From Selaginella moellendorffii (taxonomy: Eukaryota > Plantae > Lycopodiophyta), in assembly GCF_000143415.4 (NCBI RefSeq), contig NW_003314317.1, positions 664,296 to 728,295 of the forward strand: a DNA stretch of 64,000 bases, read 5' to 3'. Shown here one piece after another: positions 11,805-26,051 of the stretch (the first letter of the stretch is position 1; every line of letters begins with the position of its first letter). The notes beneath the pieces are model-generated. The model was not told where the DNA came from and ran no database searches. It saw only the letters and a program-made list of their open reading frames with translations. The position numbers were made by a program, and so were the translations under genes.

Positions 11805-14800
11805 CTCTCCCCCCCTTAGGGAAGATCAATGTCTTCATCAATGTATACTCTAGTTTAGACCACCACCAAGGAAAAATGTTTATAATGTTCATATTTTATA
11901 AGAAATGCATAAATTTAAATGAGTTAAAGGGCAACTTTATTGCAGTGCTAGTTTATTGCAACCTTTTACTTGTGTCATAGCTTAGATTCTAGCTTGAGAG
12001 AGCATGAAGAATATTTTATATCCTTAGAATATTCTCTCATCTTTGTATATAAGCCCATAAAAGGCTTGAAGATATGGTTCCAACCCATTTTCTCTTACAT
12101 TGACATTTGGTTTTGCAAGTTTATGAGCATGTGTGTGAGGGGGTGGTTGGGGCTAAGAGATGTCTTAACAACCTCTTTGTTTAACATAAATGCACTACCA
12201 TTTAGACACCTTTCAAACATTCATCTTTTCACAATATCCTTTGTGTCTTTTCCTTTTTTCTTGGCTAAATTTCTCTTTTCTTTGTGAGAAAGTGACATTT
12301 GTGGGAGTGATAGTGATTTTGATTAAGGAAGTCTATGTTAGGATACTCCTTTATTTGGAGTTATCCCATTTGGATACTCTCTTCTCACACAAATTACATG
12401 ACCTGGCATCATTGTTGCATATTGGATATTGTATGCCAGTTCACACTCATTCCCATCAAAGATGACAACCAGCAATCTTCCATACAGTGCTTAGGGTATG
12501 GGACATTTTCATGCTTTTGATATGAGTTAAATTATCAAATTGCTCTTTCCAAGGAGGAGGATTCATTGTTCACCACAAATACCTAGTTGGGGAGTTTGCC
12601 ACCCATAGCTCTTCCTGTATAAATTCATATTCTACAGCAAGGCACCAACTTGCCATACTTCTCTAGCAATGGTGACATCTCTATCAAGATATATATCACT
12701 CACTTTTAGCAATATTGTGCATCGAATGATATTGTTGAGGATAATCACAAGCTCTATAACCTGTTGTGATCGCTCGCTAACTGAGCAGTAGTATAGACAT
12801 GGCTAATTACTCCACATTCAAAGCATAATTCCAGAGTCACTTTAATCAATAGTGATCAGCAAATTACTTACTCATGGACTTGTTTTCTTTTTAGCAAGGA
12901 GCACACAAATTTATACGAAAGTATGTGATGCAATTTAGGTCTTATTGGAAGGAGTGTGTCTAGTGTAAGGTCATTACAAATGAACCTCATGGCATCACTA
13001 CATTCATCTCTAGCCTCAAGGGAAATCTCCTAACAAGATGCTCAAGCGAGAGTTTTGAATGTGTTGTGAGGCATTTGCTGCAGTAGAGACTTTGGAGCGG
13101 GATCTTTTCCAAGAGTTCAAGATTTCTAGGGTAGAGGAGGCTTTTCTCCCACTCTCAAACAAGAGCTTATGTGCTGCTATGGTTCATTCTTCTCCAGCCC
13201 CACACAGCAATGATAGAGTTCCCTCAATAATTGAGAAGGCATTGTTGGAGTTTGTGGGATATAAGGAGATCATTTAGTAGCAACAACAAATGCAAGAGAA
13301 GCTGCTTGAGGAGCTTAAAGCATACCTTTTACAGCAGGCAAAGAGACAAAGAAACCCTCCTTATTCCTAGTACTGTTTGCATTGCAATGTTACAACATAT
13401 AGCACGGAGAGATGTTAGAAGCTTCATCTAGAAATTTGGCCACCTTTTGTCTAATGGGTTCAGCAATAGCCTTTAGTAGACAACACACCTCTTCCATGAC
13501 CAAAAAATAGATACCAGTAACAACTAGAGCAGAAAGTGATTGAAGACACCCTTTCATCGAGCTGCAAGAAGACACCTATGCATATCAACACAGTATACAT
13601 TACAAAGGACAGTTATCAAATGGTTGTTGTGATGAGAGGGCACAAGAAAGGTTCCCCTTCAGCCCCAGATATTGATGGTGAGTAGGATCTAGTAGTAGTT
13701 TTTGGAACTTCACCCTCTCTTGTGGTGTGCAAGTTACCTCATGCTTCAGTATTTGTGGCACCACCCACATCCTTAGGCACACCTTTGGATCTAGCTCCAA
13801 GACAACCTCCAAACTTTTAGAGTGGGACCTTCTTGCCCCCTCCACTCTTTCTTAGGTTCCACAAGAGGTTCTCACTTAGATTGTTGGCACTCCCATCCCG
13901 ATCACACTTGATGAGCTTTTGCGATATATACCCAATTTTACTTCTCAGTTGGAGGCTTTTGTTAAGTCCATAAGCATCCTCGTAGAATCTCAACATGACA
14001 TGTATATCATCAACACTCAGACCATTCATGATCCTGGAGCATTCTTCATGGAGGTATAAATCCGTGATAAACCCTTGAAGGCACAAGCATTATTTAATTC
14101 AAGCTCCCAAAGCAACATCATCTCTCTTGACTTGGTGCACTTTAGTGGCTTGGAAGTTTCTAGCAACACAACTGTAATCCTTAGGACATTTGCCAACCAC
14201 ATAGTGATCCCTATAGGCATCTGTCACAACATCCAGATCTCGGTACATGGCATGATTTTGACACTCAAATTTCTTGTAATGGATTACTAGCAGCTTGGAT
14301 TTGGGAAGTTGAAGAACTTTATCATGCTGGGACATCCGTGACACCTTATTGCTACTTGCACAACAACTTGGGCCAAGGGAGAATTGACAATCACAGATGG
14401 CATCCATACAATGATTGTTCTCAATGCCTATGGCTGTTCTCTACTTCCATCCAACTTGTCTCAAGTGGATATTTCTTCCATCACTAAAGTTGACTAGGCT
14501 CTCAAGGTTTTTTTCTTAGAACTCATCGAGGATGATATGTTGCTGGAGATTTAAGTTGTTCAATGCAATATTATTGACTTCTTCAATATGGATTAGACTA
14601 TGTCAACACTTGACTTCTCTAATATCACTACACAAATCTAGAGGCCCCTTGTCTTTAGCAAATCTAAGGATTTCATATTGATTCCTTTGCTACTACACAG
14701 TGAGGAATCCATCCAAGTGGTGGTTTCTCTAACAACTTTTCGAACTCCAACACCACTTAAGAAGTCACAAGGGACCCCTACCAAGGATCCCTCAGCAATG

Positions 14801-17800
14801 ACATAGAGTTTGGATGTATTGCATGTGAGCTTGGGGTGTCAATAATTATGAGATAAAAGTTTGCGACACAATCCTGAGGTAATTCCTGAGGATGAAGTTG
14901 ATGAGTTTATGGCTATTGGGACTAAAAAGCCACTATTTGACCACTTTCTTCTAGGCAAGCATCCACGTCTAGTTACATCCTATGAATACCCGAGAGTGGT
15001 AATACTTGGAGTGGTATTATGAGTTGTCTACTTCTTCCCATAATGTGGAGCTAATATCTGGAGCATATATCCACCCATATGCCACAATTTTTTTCTCTTT
15101 GGAGTTGATTTGTTCTTTTGATCCTAACTATAGCAGGCATCCAAGTGCTTCCAAAGGTGTGTGGAAAATAGAGCCAACACCCTTTTCTTCCAGCTCAAAT
15201 TGCAAGTGAAGCAATTTGCTAGTCCAATAGTTTTTGTGCAAGCAGTAACTGTGACTTCACATTTCATTATATCAAATTAGAACCCATTATTGGACACACA
15301 CATTCATCTCATCCATCGACTAAGATCCTCTCTCATCACTCCCATTATAATTCATTTCACATCTCATAGTTACCACCACTAGGCAACATATTCTTTATGC
15401 TTTCTTCTCCATTTTTAGCCAAAGTTTTGAGCACAGACTATATAAGCTTGAGGTTGCATTAGCATATTCACTTTCTAGAGCATGGGAGCTAGGTTTAAGC
15501 TTGTTTTTATTTGAGTTTCTCTTTTCTTTTCATTTTTCCTTTTTTTCCACTTTCTTGAATCTTTAGTTCAACTACACAGTTTTCCATTGGGGTTTTTCTC
15601 TATCTTTGAACTTCAAATTCCTCTTTTATCTACTTTCATCCTTATTTCTTTTGCCTTCAATTTTTAATTTTCTTTCTTTTTTTCTTTGCCATCTCTCTTT
15701 GTTTCAGTAGTTACCCTCTCTAGACACTACATTCTAGCATTTGGGAGCATCTTAGTCATGGGTTTTTGCCCACTGGAGCCTTGTGCATCTCACCAGTGGT
15801 TACCTGTTGTCCTTCTCTTCACACCATAACTTAGATTGTGGTTTGAGAGAGCATAGAGAATTTTATATCTTTAGAATATTCCTTCATCTTTGTATATAAC
15901 CATATGAGAGGCTTGAGTATAGGGTTACATCTTACTTTCTCTTGCACTTGCGCTTGGTTTTGCGAGTTTGTGAGTATATGTGTGAGGGTATGGAGCCATG
16001 GTTGGGGTTGAGAAACGCCCCAACAACCTTTTTGTCTAATGCAAATGTGGTACCACTCAAACACCTTCTGCGTATCATTGACAACTAAATGACTTACAAA
16101 GTTAGTGATTCTTACTACTTTTGGTATCACTTAGTATACAAAAGATGATATGCCCTTGTTTGCCGATAACATAAAGGAAGAAGTCAGAGGCCCTAACCCT
16201 CTTGAGCAAACAAACCAAACCCTTCGATCAGGTTTAGATAGAGTTGTTTACACGGTCATGCCCTTCTAAAGGAATGGGGAACATCAAGAGAGAAGTGAGT
16301 GATGTGTTTAGTCTATAGTAACTACTCCATGACTAAAAATTTCATTATACACATAAAGTGCCAAAACTAGTCTATATATCCTAGCCCAAACTCAAAGATT
16401 AATAGATGTATAATATCAAACTCATAGACAAAGATATTGTAGAGACAACAAATTATCAGTGAATAAATCTTATATTAGAACATAAGAGTATTCCAATTAA
16501 GTTATCATTTAATAAATCAGTAGAGGATAGGAACCACCAAGATCAGCATAGGTTGAAGACATAAGATTAACCATCTGACAATATTTAATAGTAAGAATAC
16601 TATTAAGAAACATTAATAAAAAAACTTAACTATGAAATATTGCAGATAACATGTCAAACAATTTACAATAGACAACTCAAAGAACACAAAGTATTATTAA
16701 CTGGATAACCGATCATGCCAAAACTTAGTGGCGCAAGGTGTGTGTTGAAAAAGAGTAGACTAGATAGAAAGTGTCATGAATGTATCACCCAAAGGAAAAA
16801 CATCTGAATCTATTAAAACTAATGTTAACAATAATCAATGTAATGGAATGAATGCCACAAGGGTTAACAAAAGGGATGGTTCAAACTTGAGTTGAACTCA
16901 TGAGTTGAGTTTAACTCAGCATAAGTCAATTCAAGTCAATGTAGTCAACTAAAAGTCTTGTAAAGGAAATCTAAATTGAAGAAATGAAAGTTCTAACAAA
17001 CTTGTAAGTTCATGGGTCAAAAGAGGTTGAGTCATTTAAAGTTCACAAAAACTTATCTTTCTAAAGCTGTATTATTATACTATAAAGTACTTTTAGAATT
17101 GTCACGTTTTGGTTTCTTGATTTTTGAAATATTTTGATGGCTAGACATTATTAGTCTATGTCAATCAAGGTAATATACAGTTATATACTAACTAAAACTC
17201 ACTTTATCTCTCTAAAATTGCTTTGCTCTCTCACTAATACTTTTTGTTTAATATGAAGTTTATTACCAAAGATAGAAAAGTACAAAGCATAAGAATAAAA
17301 GGTGGTTATTAGGCTAAAGGAAGAGAAAGGTATAAAATTCAGCTTGCAATGCCCAAATTACTGAGAGGAGAAAAAAAATTCCATCATGATGAGTCTCCAC
17401 TCTATCATCATTTCTTTATTGTGGCTGTAATGATAAAGGTGTGGCACCCAAAGTTCAAACTACTCATCCCATTCCTGCTTTGTCATCTTTAGTGCAACTA
17501 GAGAGGTACATGCATTTTGCATTGTGATTTTTGCACAAAGGCATTTCTTGAGTCAGGAATTGAGATCAGGATTTCTCCTGGTCTAAATTCTTGACTTGGA
17601 TGACTATGCATGTAGTGGTTATATAGGCTAGTGATAGCACGCCAGACCTATCCCCCTTTCTGTCTTTTATATCCTTGGCCATAATAACATACATTCCACT
17701 TGCTCAACATCTACTCTTCTCTTCCATGCCTATCTTACTCACTGCCTTCTGGAGATCAAGGCTGTGAGATATGCATCAATCTCAGCATCAACATCTTTGC

Positions 17801-19683
17801 AACAGCACATGGCTAAGTATTTCTTTCCTTTTTATGTTTGGATCTAGTTTAGATTAGAGAGGATTCACAAGATCATTGTAGAGGTGATTTTGTAGTTCTC
17901 CAGCAACCAATTGCAAAACTCCACTTAAAATGTTCATCCTGACAACCTTAATAGAAGAAATACACATTCCTATCTACCAATAGGTCCCTTAGAATATAGA
18001 CAGCACGTGCCCATGGACACTCCCATAGTATATGCAGCTAAGTCTCCACTTCCCTAGGGTAGTGAGCACAAGCAATATTGCCTTGATGTCATAAGCTGAT
18101 TTTTGCAACTAAACTATCTTGAGCCAGAAGTCACATGAAGTGTTTAACTGACTTGTTCCATATCTGTCCCCATATCTATTTGACAGCAAAGTTAATACAT
18201 GTAGTTGAAGTTAGGTAGGCCAAATTCCTCAAGTGTTGTGGATCAAGGGAGATCAAGGAGCAAAAGCTTGCAGCCCATATGTGGTTCAAAGCAAAAGAAG
18301 TCTTGGTCTTCACATCAGTTCCATTTGGAATCAGCTGGGTCCCACTCCACATCTTAAACATTCTCTAAACACATGTATGGCATTCTCACGGGTTTAGGGT
18401 TGGAGTTGACAAGATTTTGGTTCAGTTATTATATAAAATTGTAATATATATGCTTGTAGGCTAAAGATACCTTCTCCCTATTCTCCTATGTGAAATCTGG
18501 ATGGGTACATAATGGATTATCACAAATTTAGACAGTGTAGCTCTTTGATGACTCGGTAATAACAATAAACTTTTTAGCTATAACACTAATGACATTGATG
18601 TAATTTGTCTTTGTGATTGTGCACTTTAACACTTTTGCTAGCTTAATCTTCTCTTGCACACCCTTCTAAATGAAGAACTATATTATGCAATATTCTTGTT
18701 TTTAGTTAGTTTGGTATGCTAATCTAATATTGATATTGGTGGTATAGTAGTATCAACAATAACATTTGAGGACATTTTCCAAGTTTTCAATCTTTTCATT
18801 TGAAACATTGCAGCTTGGCTCAATAAGCCATTCTTATGGAAAAATATCTGGCTTCAAGATAATTGAGGTGTGGATCTAGCTTGTATGTACTTCAATGCTA
18901 CTTCGTGAAAATAAACTAGTTTCACCATCAACCACTTTAGGGTTGATCATTGAATAACCAAGCAACTTTGTAAACACATTGCTCATTATCACATAGATAT
19001 GACATAGAAATCACAATGACTTGATCATCAATTGAGTAACACCACGAGCAATGCCCATGTCATTACTTCAAAGGTTTATGTGAATATCAAATATTAACTA
19101 AATTTGACAAAATGCAACATAAATGCCACACCCCACCAATAGAGATTTATAACACACAATACTACTAACTTTTGTTCATAACACGGACAAACTTATGCCA
19201 CTCTCTTTCCGACCAAACTCAAAATTAATCCAACACCAAGCTATTCAAAGAGCAATAGCAAGGTTCCCTGGGAAAAGAATTGAGGATTGCAACTCAAATC
19301 CTCCAATAGTGAGCTTAAACAAAATGGTTTAGCGTTTCACCACTATCCATCCCATGACTCACCACTTGTAACACCATCACTTCCAATATGCATCAAGGTA
19401 GAGACTCTTGATTACAAAATGTGAACACGAGCAATGAGTTAACATTTCGTTGCAAGTCATTTCTTCAAGAAGAGAAAAATGATTTATGTGTTTGATCCTT
19501 TGTTCCTGATGACTCTCTTTTCAGTCTCATCTTTGACTAAACCTTAAGCTTGCTTTCGCATTACTTCCAGTCCAATCCAAGAAAAGTTTATGAGAAAGCA
19601 CGGCAATGACTATCTGAACTAATAGACTAATCCCTATAGTCTCGATTGATCCACTTATAATAAACAACTATGGACCAGTCTAT

Positions 19684-20827
19684 TGTAAGCCACAAATTTT
19701 TCCTTTCCAATTTGCCAGCTTACCTCGTCTATCCGACTAACACTGCCTTAGCTTTTGCTAAGTTCCCTCGCCAAAGTTCCCGCCTGTTGTACCAACTCCT
19801 ACTTGGTCCTACTTGGTTTCAGCTACTCACTGCACAAGCAATGGAGCGTTAGCTATCCATCCACGGATTCCCAAATCTCTCCCAATCCCCCTCCCTAGGT
19901 TAGACTGGACTTAAGGTTCGGTTACACTCCCCGTAGGCACAAACAACCAAGCACACCAAGCCTCCAAGTTCCTAACATCCCTTGGTACAACAAGACTTGA
20001 TCATAGGACCCTCTAAATCCCAAGCCTTGGGTGCGACACTTGCTTCAAGACACTGGGGCGAAACACTGTGGCCTAACGACCCGGTATGGGTACCTCTACC
20101 CCCCCACTTCTATCCCGAAGGGAAGGCCCAAGCCCCTAGGAAGGGCGAGGACCAATGAGCCACAAGGTACTCAAATGGGGCATCACTCCATATGAGCCGG
20201 GAGCACCACAGTCGGTTTCCCTTTCAGGAGTGGGAGTTGCTCTTGAGCACTTCCTTGGGTGGCCCCTTCAGCACCATCCAAGTCCATGCTCACTCCCACC
20301 CAATGCCCCTCGGCCCCAGTCTCAACCTCAAGTCAGTTTGGAAGCACCACTAGAGAGTTCCTTCAAAACTGGTTCTTGGACCTCACTATCCCTACTATAT
20401 TTTTGGAACCCCCTGCAGCCCCCCCCCTGGGAGATGCACGCTTTGGGCTTTCACCCCTTGACCCGTATTAGTACTCGGACTCGGTCTCGAACTCGATCTC
20501 GGACTCGATCTCGGACCCGACTTCAGACTTGGTCTCGGACTCGATCTCGGACTCGATCTTGGACCCGATCTCAGACTCAACTTTGGACTTGACCTTGGAC
20601 TTGGTCTCGGACCCGATTTGGATCTCAGACTCTATCTCGAACTCCGTCTCAAACTTGGTCTCCGATTCGGCCTCGGACTCAATCCCAGACTCTATCTCGA
20701 ACTTGGTCTTAGAGTCGGTCTTGGATTCGATCTTCGACTCGGTCCCATCCGATGAACTCTTTGTCATTTTGGTCGTGCTTTCGGGGATCCTTTAGCCTAT
20801 GACACCTTGGCGAGTTGATTCTTTACA
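19684..20827 (-). repeat. 3' LTR of element A
   Basis: Near-identical to 26052-27186; contains TCGGACTCGATC-type tandem repeats at about 20470-20745. Confidence 0.93.
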
Positions 20828-21269
20828 ACTCCACCACCCATAGAAGAAGTTCGATGCCCACATCGAACGTCTCTTTTTATCCTACGACTTGTTGACCATG
20901 TCTCTAAGGGCATCCCCCCACTTAGCGGTGTGCCTAAGTTAGCCTCCCAGCCAAGAGTCCATGACAACGGAATATAGGTGTCCCTATACCCCTCACCTCA
21001 CCATGCCCTAGTATGGGGTCGGGACTTGAACCTAGCCTTGCTTTACTACGGGTTTGGGACTCAAACCCAACCTCCGTAGAATACGTCTACGGATTCGGCA
21101 TCCCCGCAGGGAGTCGGGCGTAGTTCTCTACGCCTGGTCGACCTAGCTAACCCATGCTAATTAGCTTACCTTCGGCGCACCTTCGGGTCCCAATATATGC
21201 CATTGCTCAACTTCACAAATTGATACTTTAATTGAACTTTGCATAAGTACATAGAGTTCTGCCTTGCAG

Positions 21270-24200
21270 AAATTCCTCCACTAGATTTCCCGCATTCGTT
21301 AGGTTCTCCTCCGGTTCCCATGTTGCTTCGCAGTGTGAAAATCCTTTCCACTTCACATGGAACTCTCTCACCTCACATTCTTGTTTCTTGCTCTTATGTG
21401 CATTGAGGATGACCTCGACTTTGTATTCCTCTTCCCCTTGGATAACCTCAAGTAAAGGTCTTACTTAGTCCTTGTGAAACGGATCCTCAAAGTACGGCTT
21501 GTGTAAGTTCACGTGGAACATTGGGTGCATCTTCCCCATCTCTCGAGGAAGTCGGAGACTGTAAGCCACTTTACCGATTCGTGCCTCAATTTCGTAAGGC
21601 CCCGCGAATCTACTTAAGAACTCAAGATCAATTATTTTACAAGAATACATGCATTTTTACCTTTGGGTTAACTTTCGGCTGATCCCAGTTGGTAGCTTGA
21701 GGTTCTTGGTGTTTAGCCACACCTTCTCCCCAGCTTGGAACTCTACATCCCAACGCTTCTAGTTTGCGTACTTGGTTTGCCTTTGTTGAGCCCATTCCAA
21801 GGAATCCCTCACTAGATTCCAAATGTTGATTCTTTCCTCTATGAATGCCTCCACTGCAGGTAACTCTCCATGATACTTGGCCATGTCGAGTTCCACAGGA
21901 CCTTTAATAGCTCGCCCATTGATGAATTCCCATGGACTCACCCTGATACTTGAATGTGGTGAGTTGTTATAACACATTTCCGCAAGTCCCAAATGACTTA
22001 CCTAATCGATCTGGTCTCCCAAGACATAGCATCGCAAATAATCCTCCAGTTGCCTATTCACCCTTTCTGTTTGTTTGTTTGTCAAGAAGTGTTAGTGCTA
22101 TCAAACTTGACTTAATACCCAATACCTGTCTATGGGTGATAGGTTGTGCTAAATTTCAACTTGGTGTGATATTGTTCCAAGAGAGTTCTCCAGAACCTAC
22201 TAATGAAGATCTTATCTTGATCTGAGATAATCTCTTCTGGCCTTCCCCGTACTCGAACCACTTGTTCGAAGAACAGCTTCGCCACACCTTTCGCATCCAC
22301 TTCTATTGTGGTGGGTATGAAATGTGCCATCTTTGAAAATCGGTCCACCACCACGAATATCACATCGAACCCCTCGCTTGGGGGGAGTCCTGTGATGAAG
22401 TCCATTGTAAGACATTTCCACGGATGATCTGGAATTGGGATGCTTTATAACAAGCCCCCACTAGCCTTAGTCACAGCTTTGACCTGTTGACATGTTGGGC
22501 ATGTCTTTACATAGTCTTGGACATCCTTAGCTATATCTGGCCAGTGGTACTTCCTCTTGAGTATCATCTTGGGCACTCCGCTGTATCCCGCAAGAGGTCT
22601 GTCATGACACTCTTCTAAGGCTACCTTCCTTAGTTCCCCTTTTGGAACATACACCCTCGTTTGCTTGTAATAAATGAGTCCATTGCGTTCCTCATAGCCC
22701 GTTTTCTCTTCTATTGGCAGCTCACCTCTCTGGTGGGCTTTCCATGCCTCTAGATTCTGCAGCAACACTTTTTGTGCTAGACCATCGTTCTCATATGCTG
22801 TCCACACATCATCCCAAAAGGTTGCTGTCATGCTGGATACTGCTAACTTTAAGCTCGTTTTTCGACTTAGCGCATCCACCACGATGTTGCTCTTCCCAGG
22901 CTTGTACAAAATCTCGCAATCAAACTCGGCCAAAGCATTGGCCCACCGACCTGTTTCCCTCTCAGGTCGGGTTGTGATAAGAAGTGTTTCGTTGCCACAT
23001 TGTCCGTGTAAACCTTGAAGTGTCTCCCAAGGTAGTGTTGCCACTCCTCGAGCGCCTTGACCACCGCAAACAATTCCTTCTCATGGGCAGGCCACTTTCG
23101 TTGAGCCTTGTCCAACTTTTTTGTGAAGAACGCTATTGGATGGTTGTCTTGCTTCAAAACTGTGCCCAACGCAAAGTCTAAAGCATCCGTTTCTACCTCA
23201 AAGTCCTTACCAAAGTCTGGTAATGCCAACACGGGAGCCTTCCTCAACTTCCCTTTGAGGTGGACAAATGCCGACTCGCATTCTGCTGTCTATACCATCT
23301 TCCCTTTTCCCGTTTGGTCCGTTAAGGGCAGGGCTACTATCGAATAGTGTCTGATAAACTTTTGGTAGTAGTTGCATAACCCCAAGAATGCCCTTAACTC
23401 GTGTACATTCGATGGTCGCTCCCAATCCTGGATCGCTTGGACCTTCTCAGGGTCCACTTTGAGCCCGTCCTTGCCCACCACATGCCCGAGAAACTTTACC
23501 TCTTGTTGAGCAAAGTCACATTTGCTCTCTTTAGCATACAGCTGGTGCTCCCTTAGTTTCTCGAATACCTTTGTCAAGTGTTCGGCATACTCCTCTAGCG
23601 TTTTGCTATAGATTAGGATGTCGTTAATATAAACGACCACAAAGTGATCCAGATAGGGTACAAAGATGTGGTTCATCAATGCTGAAAACGTTGCTAGCGC
23701 ATTACATAGCCCAAAGGGCATCACTAGGAACTCAAAGCTCCCATACCTTATTCGACAGATTGTCTTCTCGACATCTTCCTCTGCTACCCTGATTTGGTAG
23801 TATTCTGACCTTAGGTCAATCCTCGAGAAGTATTTTGCCTTTCCCAACCTATCGAATGGGTCCTCAATCCTTAGCAAAGGGTACTTGTTCTTCTTTGTAT
23901 ACTTATTGAGCAACGGGTAGTCTATGCACATGCGTATAGATCCATCTTTCTTTTTCACAAATAACACCAATGTCCCATATGGTGACTTGCTCAACTTAAC
24001 ATACCCTTTGTTCACCAACTCCTCTAGGTGGCGCTTGAGCTCCTCGAGTTCTTTTTTGTTCAAACGATAGGGGGGACGTACCACCGCCTCAGCACCCTCG
24101 ACTAGCTCAATCTTATGTTCTATTAGTTGTGTGGGGGGCAACCCCGCTGGTAGCTCTTCCGGCATAGTATCTTGGAATTGGTCCAACACCCGTTGGATCA

Positions 24201-26000
24201 CTAAAGGTACTTTTTCTGTTCCCATCTCTTTGTCACTCTTCACCGAGAGTAAGCATAAAAATGTTGCCTTGGTTCCTTTAGTGAGTTGTCCTCTCGTGGA
24301 CACCAGATTTAGGCAGGAATCTTTGGCCTTGCATTGCCCTACCTTTAGATCCTGGGCCTCCACCTTAGATCTTCTTCCTTGGGCATTCATTAGTACCACA
24401 AAGTTCCTACCTTGTCCATGCAAGGCTACCACAAATTGATTGAACTAATCCATCCCGAAGATCACATCAAATCCCGCCATGTCCAACATGGTGAAATCCA
24501 TGTCTACTTTCCATGTCCCTACTTCGACTCTTGCTTGTCGAAGTACCTCATTAGTGCGTTGGCTACCTTGAACAAACTCCATAGTCCTTGGTTCGCCCAG
24601 TCGTTGCACCGTTAGTCCGGCTTGCTGGACTATATCTGCAACCACAAAATTATCTGAAGCACCCGTGTCAATAAGGATCTTAACAAAGCTACCTCTGAGC
24701 TTCCCTCGGAGGGCTAGTAGATGTCGTGAACGACTCTCTACCAAAGTTGCTCGTGTAATGAATAACTTTGAGCTAGGGACTGGATCACATACCTCATTTT
24801 GGATTTCACTCAACTTAATGGCCATATTGGCTCTGGCCTTCTTCGGGTAAGGACATTCTCTCGAAAAGTATCCCGCTTCACCGCAGTTGTAGCATATGTT
24901 GTTTCCCATGCTGCTAACCGACTTGACCTTCTTATCCGTGGGTTTGTCTCTTTTTGCTTGACTCCCCCACGTACTTGCTCGCTGGCCACTGGATTTGCCT
25001 TTTCAGAACCCCGAGGACTCATTCTTAGAGAAACTCTTCTTGAATTTCCCTTTGCTATACGTTCCCCTTGGTTTGACCCCTTTGCTAAATGTGGACCCCG
25101 ACCCTGTCGTGTTCCCCTTTTGCAGATTATCATTAAAATGCACCTTGATGGCCGTATCCAACGCTTCCTTGTAGTTGGTTGGGTTCCAATGCATCACCTC
25201 TCTGCGAGCCTAGGTTTGCAAGCCTGATATGAAGGCATGGAACGCATCCATATCCCCCATGTCCATGACAAGTATCCTCTTTGCCATAAACCCATTCACA
25301 TACTCCTGAATAGTTCCGGTCTGCTTCAACCTACTCAGCTCATCTTTTAGATGCAGAGTAGCATTCGGAGGAACGTAAGTCGAGCAAATCCTCACCTTCA
25401 TCATGTCCCAAGTGGCCACCGGTCCTTCGTTGGCCTCCGTCATTCTCCACCAAGACTTGGCATTATTTGCCAAGTATGGTTTTGCACATGGAACCTTCTC
25501 CGAGCTTGGTAATCGCAACGCTCGGAAGTAGTCCTCCATATCGTAAAACCAATCCTCCACCACCTTATAATCGTTCACTCCCTTGAAGACCGGTGGGGGC
25601 TTTGGTTTGTACTTGGGAACTGCTTGAGGGACTGATTCCACTTCGGTTTGTTCGACCTTGTTTGGTTCTACCTCAGTCTCTACCGAAGGGTTTGCACCTT
25701 CTGCACTACCAGCATACGTGGTCTTTCGCTTTTTCTTCCGCTTCTCGTCACACTTTAGCTTGTGTACGAGAGTCTCTAATAGGGCATTGGTCTGTGCCAA
25801 TTATCCTTCTAGAATGTCTAATCGAGCCTTGGACGACAGAACCTCGCCACCAAACTCCTGTTTGGAAGTTTCCTCACTGGAGTCCTCCTCATGCAAGGAT
25901 TCCTCATCCATAGCCTCTTGTTCGACTGGAGGCTCCAGCTCTGGTGGAGGTTCTGTCTCCGCCTTGGTTTGTTTATGCCCTGCCTTTGCCATTTCCCAGC
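21270..26000 (-). pseudogene. gag-pol of element A (gag, zinc knuckle, protease, RT, RNase H, integrase, chromodomain), broken by stops and frameshifts
   Basis: Motifs CYNCGEAGYFSREC, LIDTGASDNF, MPFGL...[19 protein letters not shown] and MDFITGLP...VVDRFSKMAHF. Chromodomain EEEYKVEVILNAH...VKWKGFSHCEATWEPEENL at about 21270-21440. Confidence 0.92.
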
Positions 26001-26051
26001 AATCCACCTCTATCCTTCGCAAGAACTGAGGAAAAGGCTCCGATACCAAAT

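Noticed and set aside
16880-18900. Possible hAT-like remnant
   Set aside because: No TIR/TSD or readable transposase motif could be established.
20468-20795. Ser/Glu/Asp-rich ORFs here and at 26839-27154, 49678-50262 and 54759-55304
   Set aside because: They are translations of 6/12-bp tandem repeats within LTRs and are open in several frames.
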